Shown: positions 1 to 9,959, numbered from the stretch's first letter. The stretch: 64,000 bases of DNA from Candidatus Undinarchaeota archaeon (GCA_964519305.1 CAZFHY010000019.1:7351-71350); one strand, 5' to 3'. A program made the numbers and translations. The notes: generated by a model from the letters alone, not told the origin.

Positions 1-67
1 CCGCGCCACCTGCGGCCTGGTCACCCGTAGATGCGGGTGCACATGTGAGACCGGAGGTGCATGAAGG

Positions 68-2899
68 GTGCGCGATGTGCTCAGGACCGGACGTGCGACA
101 GTAGCACTAATTGTCTTGCTGATAGCTCTCGCTCATGCTGGAACCCCTGTCGCGTCCGCGGTCACGGAGGACGTGGACATCTCATCGCTGGCGGTCCAGA
201 AGGCGGACGTGGTATTCTCACTGCCTCCCGAGGACGCCGCAGCCCTCGATGATGCGGACCTCGCGGCCAGGTGCATCACAGCAGTGCCATCGCTCACCTG
301 CCGTCCCGAGAGGGACGGTGCCTCAGGTCGCATCACGTTCGACGTGTCAGGAGGACCGGCCTTCGGGCTCGAGGAGCTCACTTGGCGCGATGGAACCGAC
401 GGTACCGATATTCGTCTCAAGCTCTCCTTCGAGTACCGCCCCGTCCAGTTCGCCATGGCCCCGGGGCTCCTGGCGGACCGGCGGACCCTTACCATCCGTT
501 ACCCGTCCCACCAGGCTATCGTGGATGACCTGCGGGACATGCCCACCTTCTCGACCTTCATCCTGTCCGGCCCCGAGGGGATGCTCGACCTGCCCGACGA
601 AGTAGAGGCGCGGGCACGGGACCTCGTCATCGGCGATGCTCTCCTTATCCCACAGCTCCTGGGCGACCTGTGCATCGCTGCAGTAGTTCGCGAAGGCGAG
701 TCCCGGCCATTACTGAGCGCTCTCTCGTCGGGATGTGCGCCCTTCCCCCTCACCACGACAGGGCTGATCACGGGCGATGATGTCGAGCTGATCGTGGTAT
801 CGGCCCGGACCGGCGGTGACGATATCGAGCTCACCTCGTCACGTGTCCCCCTCTCCCTCGAACAGCCGGACATCGTGGTAGCGGTTCGACCGGACGGTGA
901 TGTCGTGACCGCGCCCGCTTTCGACGTTGACGTTCGTGTCGACGGCCCCGTGGACGCGTGCGAGGTCTCGCTGGTGGACCTTGAAGGGAACAGGAGGGAG
1001 CACCTCTCGCTCACCACTTGCGGCAGGGTCAGGCTGAGCACAGCGAAGCTCGAACCGGGGCGCTACCTGGTACGCGCCAGGGCCACGCGCGGAGAGCTCG
1101 AAGGGATAGGCACAGCTGTTGTGACCTTCGTCGCCACCCGGACCGAGGGAGTAGTGTTCACGACCGACAAGGACGTGTACGCGGCAGGCGAAACCGTGTC
1201 GGTGTACCCCGAGAGGGAGGGGGACGTCTGTGAGGTGACTATCTCGGACATGGAGGGTGGCACCGTCACACGGACGAGCGCTGGCGGCTGCGCACCGGCC
1301 CAGCTCGCACTGGACGAGGCGCTCGAGCCCGGTACATACGAAGTGCGCACCGAGCTGTTCCAGGGAGGTGCAGTGGTGGCCACCGGTGTCAAGACCGTGG
1401 AGGTCGTAGACTGGCAGCCGCGACGGGGCAGCGTCCACTCCACCCTGTGCTTCGGCGGTTCACTGCCCGTCCTCGACACCAGCATCCCGTGCATCGGACC
1501 GCGTATGATGTGTCATCCGACCTCCGAATCCATCCCGCTCTGTCTGTGCTTCGATGCTGACGGACGCCCCCGTGACGTGTGCGAATACCGCGATACATGT
1601 GTCCCGGACCAGGGTGCCGACGCCAGCGTCTGCAAGCGTCCCCCGTCGACGATGTCCCCCTTCACCGTGATCCGTTCCCGTGGTAGGTGCGTGGCGAAGC
1701 GCGGTCTGGAGACGCTCTCCTGCGTCGAGGTGGGCGAACTGTGCACGGGCACGTGCGTGTGTCTGGACCCGTCGGACCGTGCACTATCTCCCTGCACCGC
1801 GGGACAGGCATGCACGCTGACAGGCTGCCGCGATCCGGCTTTCGTGTTCGAGGTCAAGGGATTCGACCCCATCCATGTGCGCACCGGAGCGGTGGCTGAG
1901 GAGATACGGCTCACATGGAAGGGGATCGTGAAGGTGGGCGAACGTCTCGATGACAGACGCGTGCGCGAGGGATTGACCGCGTCCGCTTTCCTGGGCGGCA
2001 CCGGTGGTACCGCGCCCGAGACTTCGTTCGACGCAGCACGGAACGAGTGGACCTTCACCTCTGGCTTCACGCACCACCTCGAGCCCGGGCGGTACGACGC
2101 CTTCCTCATGTTGAGCGTGGGGGATGACATGCTCCTTGTGCGCAGGCCCTTCGAGGTGTGGTACCCGCTGGAGAAGAGCGAGCTCGATATGGAGGTCGTG
2201 TCCGCGAAACCACGTCGCCTCTCCCTATCGGACGTGGAGCAGGGAGCGACCGTCCAGCTGAACGTGCGCATATCCGATGGTTCTGGGAGCCCAGTGCCCT
2301 TCGTGCCCGCGTCGGCCATGACCGTGACCGTGGGCGACGAGGGGAGCGGGGTGCGCGCGGACGTGACCTCTGCCGGGTACGACCGCCACACCGGCCTCTG
2401 GACCGTGGTTGTGTACCTCCGGGGCGTTTCGACCATGTCCGATCACCTCACCCTGTCTGTGGGCCACCTCGGCCGGACAGGCCAGGCACGGACCCGGCTC
2501 GATATACTCGAGCGCATCCCCCTCTCGATGGACATAATCCGGGTGGAACCGGGGACGCAGGAGGACCCGTTGTTCCTGCTCCTGGCAGGCCTCGGGTTCG
2601 ACATGGACGTGCTCATGGACCTGGAGGGCGGTGACCGGATATCCGCCGACAGCTTCACCGTCATGGTGGGCGACCACGACGTGAGCGAGGCGGTCTCCTA
2701 CGTCTACAGGACGAGCGTCGGCGTCCGACTCCACCTGTCCAGTGCCCGCCTCTGCCCCACGCCCGACCGGCCCATGCCACTTGACGTTGTGGTGACCGTC
2801 CGGGACGCGGCCACCGGTGAGGAAGCGTCCGCCACGTCACGCATAAGGCTCTCCGGGAATCCCGGTAACTGGCGGTCGCTGGAGGGGGTGAGCTGCTGA
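68..2899 (+). CDS. Large secreted hypothetical protein (943 aa) with repeated Ig-like/MG-like beta-sandwich units and a Cys-rich central segment
   Basis: GTG start at 68 preceded by a GGAGGTG Shine-Dalgarno at 53-59. N-terminal signal peptide (ATVALIVLLIALAHAGTPVASA). Recurring LEPG(R/T)Y...V beta-sandwich-like units. A ~250-aa stretch with about 25 Cys. No C-terminal anchor. Family not recognised. Confidence 0.6.
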   Translation: MRDVLRTGRATVALIVLLIALAHAGTPVASAVTEDVDISSLAVQKADVVFSLPPEDAAALDDADLAARCITAVPSLTCRPERDGASGRITFDVSGGPAFGLEELTWRDGTDGTDIRLKLSFEYRPVQFAMAPGLLADRRTLTIRYPSHQAIVDDLRDMPTFSTFILSGPEGMLDLPDEVEARARDLVIGDALLIPQLLGDLCIAAVVREGESRPLLSALSSGCAPFPLTTTGLITGDDVELIVVSARTGGDDIELTSSRVPLSLEQPDIVVAVRPDGDVVTAPAFDVDVRVDGPVDACEVSLVDLEGNRREHLSLTTCGRVRLSTAKLEPGRYLVRARATRGELEGIGTAVVTFVATRTEGVVFTTDKDVYAAGETVSVYPEREGDVCEVTISDMEGGTVTRTSAGGCAPAQLALDEALEPGTYEVRTELFQGGAVVATGVKTVEVVDWQPRRGSVHSTLCFGGSLPVLDTSIPCIGPRMMCHPTSESIPLCLCFDADGRPRDVCEYRDTCVPDQGADASVCKRPPSTMSPFTVIRSRGRCVAKRGLETLSCVEVGELCTGTCVCLDPSDRALSPCTAGQACTLTGCRDPAFVFEVKGFDPIHVRTGAVAEEIRLTWKGIVKVGERLDDRRVREGLTASAFLGGTGGTAPETSFDAARNEWTFTSGFTHHLEPGRYDAFLMLSVGDDMLLVRRPFEVWYPLEKSELDMEVVSAKPRRLSLSDVEQGATVQLNVRISDGSGSPVPFVPASAMTVTVGDEGSGVRADVTSAGYDRHTGLWTVVVYLRGVSTMSDHLTLSVGHLGRTGQARTRLDILERIPLSMDIIRVEPGTQEDPLFLLLAGLGFDMDVLMDLEGGDRISADSFTVMVGDHDVSEAVSYVYRTSVGVRLHLSSARLCPTPDRPMPLDVVVTVRDAATGEEASATSRIRLSGNPGNWRSLEGVSC

Positions 2900-4734
2900 T
2901 GCGCTCGCGTCCGTGGACGGGTATCGGCCGGCGACGGGGCCAGGTCAGTCATATCGCACTACTCGGCATTTCCCTGGCCGTGCTGATCATCGTGTTCCTC
3001 TTCCTCCGCTGGGGACGGGCGGAGCGCGAGGCGCGGACCATCGCCAGGGCAGGGATCGCGGCCGTTGACGATGCACGGGACCTCGCCGAGATAGTGGAGA
3101 GCGCCCTGCGCGATGCTGTGGAGGAGGCTACCTACGAGCTCGGCCGCCATGGTGGCTATACATCTGCGACCCTCCCGGGACCCGCGGTCGGTGAGCGTCC
3201 CGTGTTCTTCCTAGGTGGACGGATGATACTCTTCCCATCGGTGCGGGTCATGGAACAGCTGCTGGGCCAGGAGGCGACACGACGGTTCGGGGCACGGCTC
3301 GATGGCGTGCGCGCGGAGGCGAACGGTACCATCTCGTTCGGCGCTCCACTGGTAACTGTCAAGCTCAATGAGAACTCGGTGGAGGCGTCGCTGGAGCTGA
3401 CCTACACACTGGACGCCGAGGGGGGGACCACGCGCTCCGTGGAGGATATGAACGTCATCCTCGATCTCAGGCTGCAGGCCCTCTGGTCGCGGGCGAAGGC
3501 CTATCTCGAGGCCTATGCGCGGGAGCGTTACATGGAACGGGCACTGCTGTCAGGCATCATCAACGACGAGCGCATCCCGAGCCCGCCGGGAGGTCCGGGA
3601 GAGACCATGTCGTGCAGGAAGCGAAAGGTCCTGGCGACCTCGGGCGGGATGGCTGAACCCTTCTCGGAGAACGCCCGGCTCTCCGTGGCCCGCGAGCTCC
3701 AGCGGATACGAGAGGCGGCCGTCGACGAACGAGAGATCGAGTGGTCCATGCGCCTGGCCTCGGAACGTGTCAACATGACCTTCCTGGCCAATCCCGGTAC
3801 ACCCCTGAAGAGCAATGAATCCATCGAGTACATAGCCGTTCCCATCCCCTTCATCGACCGACGTGGCGACGTCGATCCCATGTGTCTCAGTCGCTATAAC
3901 GTGAGCTATACCGCACGGTACCCTGTGATGATGACCGTGCGCGACCTCCGACCGGCGGCAAGGGGCGCCCGGACCGGAGGGAGACCGCTGGAGTTCGTGT
4001 TCGTGCTCGAACCATTCCTGGCGGGCGTCGATCCCTTCGCCCGGCTCGGTGAGATATTCCCGCCCTCAGTGGATGACCTGTGCACACCCCACGGACAGTG
4101 CGAGATGGAGCTTGCGGTCACCGGGCCGAACGACGTGCCCGTGGACGGTCGGGCGTGGCTGGACACGTGCGTGTACGGTTTCGAGAAGGGCAAGCTCGAA
4201 CGGACACCGGTCCCCTGCGGAGAGCGGACCCTCATCGTCGAGGCATTGCTCCCGCCCGGTCTCGGTCGCTATGTCGAGCGCGTGGACGTGGACGGGCTCC
4301 TATCTCGCCGCATCCAGCTAGGCGCACGTGGAAGGGTTCACGGCCGTGTGTACGTCAACGACCGTGTATGGTGCCCCGATTCGAAACGGGTGAAGGCCGA
4401 GGGCGAGCGCTCTCTCGGATTCGTTGAGGGAGTCCCACCACGCGCCGTCCACCTCCATCTCGTCCCCCTGGACGGGACCTTGGCGCTCGAGCTGTCCGCG
4501 GTCGCTGACGAGGAGGCAAGGTACACCTTCCCCGAGGTGGACGCCGGTTCGTACATGCTGCTGGCCCTCCCCTCCACCGATGCCGCTAACAGGCCGGCGT
4601 ACAAGGTACGCTCCCGTGGCCAGGTCGTGACCGTCGGGGCCGGTGACCTCGAGGTGCCCGTTGAGATGTACCCTCTCATCCCGGTCCACACGAGCAGGGG
4701 CTACGAGTACGTCACTCGGGTCGAGGACTGCTGA
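2899..4734 (+). CDS. Membrane-anchored hypothetical protein (611 aa), C-terminal CarboxypepD_reg-like beta-sandwich
   Basis: The ATG overlaps the upstream stop (TGATG), with a GGAGGGGG SD at 2881-2890. One N-terminal TM helix (IALLGISLAVLIIVFLFL). The C-terminal ~90 aa (HLHLVPLDGTLALELSAVADEEARYTFPEVDAGSYMLLALPS) resemble a carboxypeptidase-regulatory-like fold. Co-transcribed with 68..2899. Confidence 0.55.
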   Translation: MRSRPWTGIGRRRGQVSHIALLGISLAVLIIVFLFLRWGRAEREARTIARAGIAAVDDARDLAEIVESALRDAVEEATYELGRHGGYTSATLPGPAVGERPVFFLGGRMILFPSVRVMEQLLGQEATRRFGARLDGVRAEANGTISFGAPLVTVKLNENSVEASLELTYTLDAEGGTTRSVEDMNVILDLRLQALWSRAKAYLEAYARERYMERALLSGIINDERIPSPPGGPGETMSCRKRKVLATSGGMAEPFSENARLSVARELQRIREAAVDEREIEWSMRLASERVNMTFLANPGTPLKSNESIEYIAVPIPFIDRRGDVDPMCLSRYNVSYTARYPVMMTVRDLRPAARGARTGGRPLEFVFVLEPFLAGVDPFARLGEIFPPSVDDLCTPHGQCEMELAVTGPNDVPVDGRAWLDTCVYGFEKGKLERTPVPCGERTLIVEALLPPGLGRYVERVDVDGLLSRRIQLGARGRVHGRVYVNDRVWCPDSKRVKAEGERSLGFVEGVPPRAVHLHLVPLDGTLALELSAVADEEARYTFPEVDAGSYMLLALPSTDAANRPAYKVRSRGQVVTVGAGDLEVPVEMYPLIPVHTSRGYEYVTRVEDC

Positions 4735-4740
4735 GCAGGC

Positions 4741-6138
4741 TCACAGCGCGAACCGTTCTGTGACCACCTGAACGTCAGGTACACCGAGCTCGGCCAGCGT
4801 CGTCCTGAGCGCGTCCATCATTGGCGGTGGACCGCAGATGAAGTAGGTTGCGGTTGTAAGCTCCTCGACCTCGTCCTTAAGGACGGTGACGTCGACAAAG
4901 CCGTTGCGCATCCCCTCGACCTTCTCCTGGGATAGGATGTGGACCACGCGCAGCCAGTCGGAACCACGCTCGATGGCGGCCAGTTCCCCGAGGAAGGCGA
5001 TGTCGCCCTGGCTCCGGTTGGCGTAGAGCAGCAGAGTCCGCGGTTGTGTCCTCCCTTGCTCCTGCATGGCGCGTAGCATGCTCATCAGGGGCGTGATGCC
5101 GATACCACCGGCGATGAGAACGAACGGGCCGGGCATGTCCTTGTTGGAGAACACACCGTAGGGGCCTTCGACATGGGCCGTGTCCCGTCTCCCGACCTTG
5201 CCGAGAAGGCTGGTGAAGTCGCCCGACTCCTTGATCGAGAACGAGATGGCGTCAGCGCCCGGGGCAGAGGCGATGGTGAAGGGGTGCTCCTCCACAGGGA
5301 TGTCCTCGGACGTGAACGTGAGGAAGGCGAACTGTCCCGGTTCGTGGTCGAGGACGGCACTCTCCACCGGCCGGAGGGTGATAGTGTGGACGTCATGGGT
5401 CTCGAGCTTGTTGGTGACCACCTCATACTCACTGCCCGTAAACGTCATGCGCCGGACCACGTACCGGTACACTACCGCTCCAACGGACACCGCGGTCAAG
5501 AGCAGCCACCATGTGTAGAGTGGGCGTCCGTTCTTGATGTCTGAACCGAGGACGAGGCTATGGTAGAGCCCGATTGCGGCCAGGAGATAGGTGAGGAGAT
5601 GGACGATGCGCCAGCGCTCGTACAAGAGCCCCAGCTGCTTGCGCTTGAGCACGCTGATCCAGATGATGCCTATGACCACGGCACCGATAACACCGCCCAG
5701 GATGTCGGTGCCGTACATGGTGTAAGGGGCTGTGATATCCCCCTTCAGGAGCTCCCTGATGAAGAGGAGAAGGGGGTGGACGATGACGAACAGCGCGATG
5801 AGCTTGGCGTTCACAGAATGCCAGCGCATGATGCGGTCGAGACCGATGCCCCGTTCCAGAGAACGCCAGCGGGAGGCCAGCACGAGCTGGATGGCGATGG
5901 CGGTGAGGGCAAGTGTGCCCGCTGCCTGCCCGAGGCTGTAGACGGATGGAGGAGCGGGCTGGGGCAGCACGGTAATGACCACCCCCGCTATCATGAGGCA
6001 CACATAGAGCAGCTTGAGCGTGGCCGCCTTGTGATCGTCACGGAGCATGTATAGGTCGAGGACATGAAAGCTCATATATCTGAGCAGCGTGTCAGGGCCC
6101 ATGGAGCCTGTCGTACGCCCTTTCAGAGAAGAGGACAT
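4741..6138 (-). CDS. NOX/FRE-type ferric-reductase flavocytochrome (bis-heme 6-TM domain + FAD + NAD(P)H domains)
   Basis: Two His pairs in the TM helices with spacing 13 and 12 (H-SVNAKLIALFVIV-H; H-LLTYLLAAIGLY-H), typical of bis-heme NOX/FRE domains. FAD motif HPFTIAS. NAD(P)H motifs AGGIGITP and CGPPPM. The start may lie internal (M13 or M22), because the annotated start overlaps the divergent GNAT gene. Confidence 0.8.
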   Translation of the reverse strand: MSSSLKGRTTGSMGPDTLLRYMSFHVLDLYMLRDDHKAATLKLLYVCLMIAGVVITVLPQPAPPSVYSLGQAAGTLALTAIAIQLVLASRWRSLERGIGLDRIMRWHSVNAKLIALFVIVHPLLLFIRELLKGDITAPYTMYGTDILGGVIGAVVIGIIWISVLKRKQLGLLYERWRIVHLLTYLLAAIGLYHSLVLGSDIKNGRPLYTWWLLLTAVSVGAVVYRYVVRRMTFTGSEYEVVTNKLETHDVHTITLRPVESAVLDHEPGQFAFLTFTSEDIPVEEHPFTIASAPGADAISFSIKESGDFTSLLGKVGRRDTAHVEGPYGVFSNKDMPGPFVLIAGGIGITPLMSMLRAMQEQGRTQPRTLLLYANRSQGDIAFLGELAAIERGSDWLRVVHILSQEKVEGMRNGFVDVTVLKDEVEELTTATYFICGPPPMMDALRTTLAELGVPDVQVVTERFAL

Positions 6139-6514
6139 CCCTCATCTGGTTGAGGTTCTCAAGCTCAATGGACAGTACGACTACCCTGAGGTGGATGGGC
6201 CTGAGGCCATGAGGCGAGTGGCTGCGTGCGAGGCCGCCATATTCCTGGTGGCCGAGGCCGACGGTCGGCCCTGTGGGCTCCTCCGGGCGGTGGACGACGG
6301 ATCCCGGGCACTCATCCACTTGCTTTCAATCCATCCCGAAGACCAGGGCAAAGGTATAGGGAGCGCACTCGTGGACGCGGCCGTGGCCGGACTACGGGAA
6401 GGGGGCACGCCTACGGTCAGCGTCACGGTCAGCGAGAAGAGTGCTGGATTCTGGGAGAAACAGGATTTCATGCTCCTGCCCGTGTCCCTCATGCTCAGGG
6501 AGCTGAAAGGATGA
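6089..6514 (+). CDS. GNAT family N-acetyltransferase
   Basis: GNAT acetyl-CoA binding core (QGKGIGSALVDAAV) and ~140 aa length. Confidence 0.7.
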   Translation: MSGPMEPVVRPFREEDIPHLVEVLKLNGQYDYPEVDGPEAMRRVAACEAAIFLVAEADGRPCGLLRAVDDGSRALIHLLSIHPEDQGKGIGSALVDAAVAGLREGGTPTVSVTVSEKSAGFWEKQDFMLLPVSLMLRELKG

Positions 6515-6978
6515 GGCGTGCCGACCGTGAGGTCACTGACGAGAGCGAGCTCGTGTCCATCCTTGAACGCGCGACGGTATGTCGGCTCGGGATGTGCGCG
6601 GACGGTGAACCGTACGTGGTCCCTCTGAACTTCGCTCACGTCGATGGCCGCCTCTACTTCCATTCCGCGACCGAGGGGAAGAAGCTCGATATAATCCGGA
6701 GGAACAAGAAGGTCTGCTTCGAGGTGGACGTGGACACCGAGGTGGTCCCCGCCCCGAGCCCGTGCGGGTGGGGGATGCGATACACGAGCGTCATCGGGTC
6801 CGGGGCAGCATCAATCATCGAAGATCCTGACGAGAAACGCTCGGCGCTCGATGCTATCATGGCACATTATGGCGGTCATGGGGCCGATTACCCCGAGCCC
6901 ATGCTCCGCAAGGTCGCGATCATCAGGGTGGACATCGAGCGTATGACGGGAAAAAGGTCAAAGGCAGAGGAACGCTAG
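6511..6978 (+). CDS. Pyridoxamine 5'-phosphate oxidase-like FMN-binding protein
   Basis: ATGA overlap with the GNAT stop. PNPOx-like split-barrel signatures (CRLGMC..GEPYVVPLNF..DGRLYFHS...). ~155 aa. Confidence 0.65.
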   Translation: MRRADREVTDESELVSILERATVCRLGMCADGEPYVVPLNFAHVDGRLYFHSATEGKKLDIIRRNKKVCFEVDVDTEVVPAPSPCGWGMRYTSVIGSGAASIIEDPDEKRSALDAIMAHYGGHGADYPEPMLRKVAIIRVDIERMTGKRSKAEER

Positions 6979-8076
6979 ATGGATGATCACGCTCGACTAT
7001 GGACTGTCCCGGAAATCGACCCGAAATGGTCGATGCGCTGGTACTGGTGGTTCTGGCTCGTGTTCCTGGACGATCCCATCGCCACGGACCATCCCCGCCA
7101 GCTCATGGTGCTGTGGACGCACAAGGAAACAGCGACCTTGTTCAACGACATGCTAGTCCGGACGGAGGACGGTATCACCCGGGGGCCGGGGCGCGAATCC
7201 TTTCCCGGTGTGGTCGCTGCCTGGTACTTCGACGGAGAGCGCATGGACCCCGAGCTGACCTTCGAGCGGGGGACCATTACAGCAGAGCACGAAGGTGACG
7301 ATCCTGGTAATGGACGCCTCTCCCTCGTGCCCAATGACGGTACCGAGTGTTCGTTCTCAGGACGACCGGGGGACTGGCGTGTGCGGCTCCTCAACGAGAA
7401 GGCCGACGTTGATCTGGCCATACGCCTCGACGAGCCCTCATCGTTCAATAGACCGTCCTACACCCGGAACCGGATCGTAGCAAATAGGTTCATGTACACT
7501 GCCCTGGAGCTAAATCGCTGCACGGCCGAGGGGAGCATCGACGACGAACGTGTGACGGGCACCGCGTATTTCCAGCGCATAGGTCTAAACAGTCCCATGG
7601 GACCCTGGTACTGGGGCGTGTTCCACTTTTCCGATGGCTCGGTGCTCAAGTACTTCTTCCCTCACGTTTCCACCAGCGTATTCCACCACGGTCCTGATGA
7701 GAGGTTACCATGGCATGAGAGGCGGGTGTTACCGGTAAGGCGACAGGCGGAGTTCTACCACGCACCAACGGACACCACTCACAAGTTCTCGGGCGGCACC
7801 GTGGAAAAGGGGCTGGACACTGATGGGCACCCCACATGGAAGTTGCGCGTCCATGAAGGAAAGACAAGACTCGATGTGGACCTTGCGACCTATGCTCGCG
7901 CAGTCTGGCGCTTTCGCCCCCAGCGGGCACGCACTCCGCTCAACGACATGTACTACAACGAGTACCCCACCCGCGTCACCGCTTTCTCTCTCAACGGACC
8001 AGATGGTCGGCTCACCCTGGACGACATCGGACCCGGGATAGGTAACACGGAGCACAACTGGGGCGGGCTGGTGTAA
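6979..8076 (+). CDS. Trp-rich hypothetical protein (365 aa), possibly a lipocalin-like CrtC/AttH-superfamily fold
   Basis: ATG immediately after the upstream stop, so co-operonic. Many Trp/Tyr (WYWWFW, WYWGVFHF). No TM helix. Family assignment is tentative. Confidence 0.4.
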   Translation: MDDHARLWTVPEIDPKWSMRWYWWFWLVFLDDPIATDHPRQLMVLWTHKETATLFNDMLVRTEDGITRGPGRESFPGVVAAWYFDGERMDPELTFERGTITAEHEGDDPGNGRLSLVPNDGTECSFSGRPGDWRVRLLNEKADVDLAIRLDEPSSFNRPSYTRNRIVANRFMYTALELNRCTAEGSIDDERVTGTAYFQRIGLNSPMGPWYWGVFHFSDGSVLKYFFPHVSTSVFHHGPDERLPWHERRVLPVRRQAEFYHAPTDTTHKFSGGTVEKGLDTDGHPTWKLRVHEGKTRLDVDLATYARAVWRFRPQRARTPLNDMYYNEYPTRVTAFSLNGPDGRLTLDDIGPGIGNTEHNWGGLV

Positions 8077-8133
8077 GAGTCTCACGTCCCCGGGGAAACC
8101 TTTTTATCCCACATCGGTCCCCGTCCCTTTCGG

Positions 8134-8562
8134 ATGGTGCTACGTATGCCCGCTTGGTTCACTTTTGCCCTGATAGCCATGCTACTTTGGGGGTTGTGGG
8201 GGATATTCCCCAAGCTCGCTACCAACCACATAGACCCGAGGAGCGTCCTTGTGTTCGAGGGTGTTGGCCGGTTCGTTGTGACCCTTGTGGTCCTGGCCAT
8301 GATAGGGTTCCGACCGGAAATGAAAGTTGAAGGTGTGTCGTACGCCTTTCTTGGTGGGCTGATCGGGAGCATCGGTGCCGTGTTCTTCTTCTACGCTGTC
8401 AGTCAGGGCAAGGCTTCCGTCGTCGTGACAACGACCGCGCTCTACCCGCTGATAACCATCTTGGCCTCGTACCCGCTCCTGGGCGAGGTACCGTCAACAC
8501 GACAGGGTATCGGGATGGTGTTCGCGATGATCGCCCTCGTGCTGTTCTCGGTGGAGGCCTAG
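8134..8562 (+). CDS. EamA-like (DMT superfamily) small transporter
   Basis: 142 aa with 4-5 predicted TM helices and EamA-type GxxG/Trp-rich helices (LLWGLWGIFPK). Confidence 0.65.
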   Translation: MVLRMPAWFTFALIAMLLWGLWGIFPKLATNHIDPRSVLVFEGVGRFVVTLVVLAMIGFRPEMKVEGVSYAFLGGLIGSIGAVFFFYAVSQGKASVVVTTTALYPLITILASYPLLGEVPSTRQGIGMVFAMIALVLFSVEA

Positions 8563-8571
8563 GCGTCCGGA

Positions 8572-9264
8572 TCACCAGATGCCGGGAACTAGCAGGTATG
8601 GCACCTTCCTCGTATACTCCTTGTACCCGTCAAGGTTCTCTTGGAGGAACGCGTCCTCCTTGGCCGTGCGGAGGATGATGACGGCGATGGCGAGCATGCC
8701 CGGGACGAGAGCTATCGCAGAACCAAAGAACAGGGGGACGCCGAACAGGGCAGGAAGGCTCCCGGCGTAGCCCGGATGTCGGACGTATGAATAGGGGCCC
8801 GAGTCGATGACCTGATGGTCGCGTTCCTTCTGGATGCGGACAAAGACCTCGAAGAACCGGTTCTCGCCCATGGCCCAGGTCCCGACGGCGAACCCGATGG
8901 TGTAGAGGACGAAACCGAGCGGTGCGAGGTACGGATCGAGCAGCGTCCATTGTGGCACCCAGGCGACAGTCCACCCGTAGCGCCCGATGTCCAATCCGAC
9001 GACCAGTGGCTGTAGGCGGGCCCCGAGGAGCATGAAGAGTGGCATGAGCCACCTGTCCCAGGGCTCGGACTCCTGACGGTTCCCGAACCGGTGGGTCACC
9101 ATGCCCGGATTGTGCCGGTAGAAAAACGCCATGCTGGCGAACGTGTACACGAACATTATGCCCAGGAACTGCCAACCTCTGAGGATGTCCGTGTGGCCGG
9201 CACCGACGAACAGGAGCGCTGCCGTCAGGCCCACCGAGAAGACGCTGATGGCAAGCATCTTCAT
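8572..9264 (-). CDS. ICMT/PEMT-family membrane methyltransferase
   Basis: Polytopic protein with the C-terminal motifs GPYSYVRHPGYAG...EE(D)AFL characteristic of isoprenylcysteine carboxyl / phospholipid methyltransferase families. Start chosen at the internal MKML; the long N-terminal extension in the ORF track is low-complexity. Confidence 0.65.
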   Translation of the reverse strand: MKMLAISVFSVGLTAALLFVGAGHTDILRGWQFLGIMFVYTFASMAFFYRHNPGMVTHRFGNRQESEPWDRWLMPLFMLLGARLQPLVVGLDIGRYGWTVAWVPQWTLLDPYLAPLGFVLYTIGFAVGTWAMGENRFFEVFVRIQKERDHQVIDSGPYSYVRHPGYAGSLPALFGVPLFFGSAIALVPGMLAIAVIILRTAKEDAFLQENLDGYKEYTRKVPYLLVPGIW

Positions 9265-9412
9265 CGTGGCACGGACAAGCCCTTCTTCCTTCCCTTCGTC
9301 CGAAGCACGTTCCTTCTTGCTCGTAGTAATCACCCCAGTTATGATCCCATGGCTCGGTATCCTTATTCCACTGACTGAGCTGCAATCCCCTGTTCCAGCA
9401 CCCGCTAGGTAA

Positions 9413-9673
9413 CTACTCCTCGCCGAACAAGTGCTTGAGCGGTCGGATGTAGAACACCAGCCCCAGGACGATGAACACCCACCAGTAGGGCATGATCTGG
9501 ATGTGGAAGTAGGCCCCAACCGGTAGCCCGAAGCAGAACGCCGCAGCCTTTATCAGCCGGACGTCGATGAAGTCCAGCTTTGTCACCTTGTAGTCCAGCC
9601 ACTCGTGCCATCCCATGTCCTTGGGGTTCTTCTTCGTGGGTTCGATCGTGTCCTTGATTTCTTCTTCAGCCAT
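9413..9673 (-). CDS. Small 2-TM membrane protein (paralog A of a tandem pair)
   Basis: 86 aa. Acidic N-terminus MAEEEIKD, a conserved DMGWHEWLD(Y/F)KVTKLD(F/Y)ID motif, two TM helices and a C-terminal YIRPLK. About 60% identical to its neighbour. Confidence 0.5.
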   Translation of the reverse strand: MAEEEIKDTIEPTKKNPKDMGWHEWLDYKVTKLDFIDVRLIKAAAFCFGLPVGAYFHIQIMPYWWVFIVLGLVFYIRPLKHLFGEE

Positions 9674-9684
9674 GATGTATCACC

Positions 9685-9939
9685 TTACCCGAACATGTCC
9701 TTGAGAGGCCGGATGTAGAACAGCACTGCCAGGACCACCAGTGGGATCCAGTAGGGCGTGATGTACGTGGGGAAGTGCGCCCCCACCACAAGCCCGAGGA
9801 GGAACACGGCCCACCCGATGAGCTTCATGTCGATATAGTCAAGCTTCGTCACCTTGAAGTCCAGCCACTCGTGCCAGCCCATGTCCTTGGGATCCTTCTT
9901 CGTGGATTCGATAATTTCCTTTGATTCTTCTTCTGCCAT
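9685..9939 (-). CDS. Small 2-TM membrane protein (paralog B of a tandem pair)
   Basis: 84 aa, the same architecture and motifs as 9413..9673. Confidence 0.5.
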   Translation of the reverse strand: MAEEESKEIIESTKKDPKDMGWHEWLDFKVTKLDYIDMKLIGWAVFLLGLVVGAHFPTYITPYWIPLVVLAVLFYIRPLKDMFG

Positions 9940-9959
9940 AGTGCATCATCTCCTTTTCG

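Noticed and set aside
133-2952. Numerous 60-300 aa ORFs overlapping the 943-aa gene in other frames, with similar stacks over every large gene
   Set aside because: Nested inside or antisense to longer ORFs with coherent domain structure. No start-site context. A GC-rich composition artefact.
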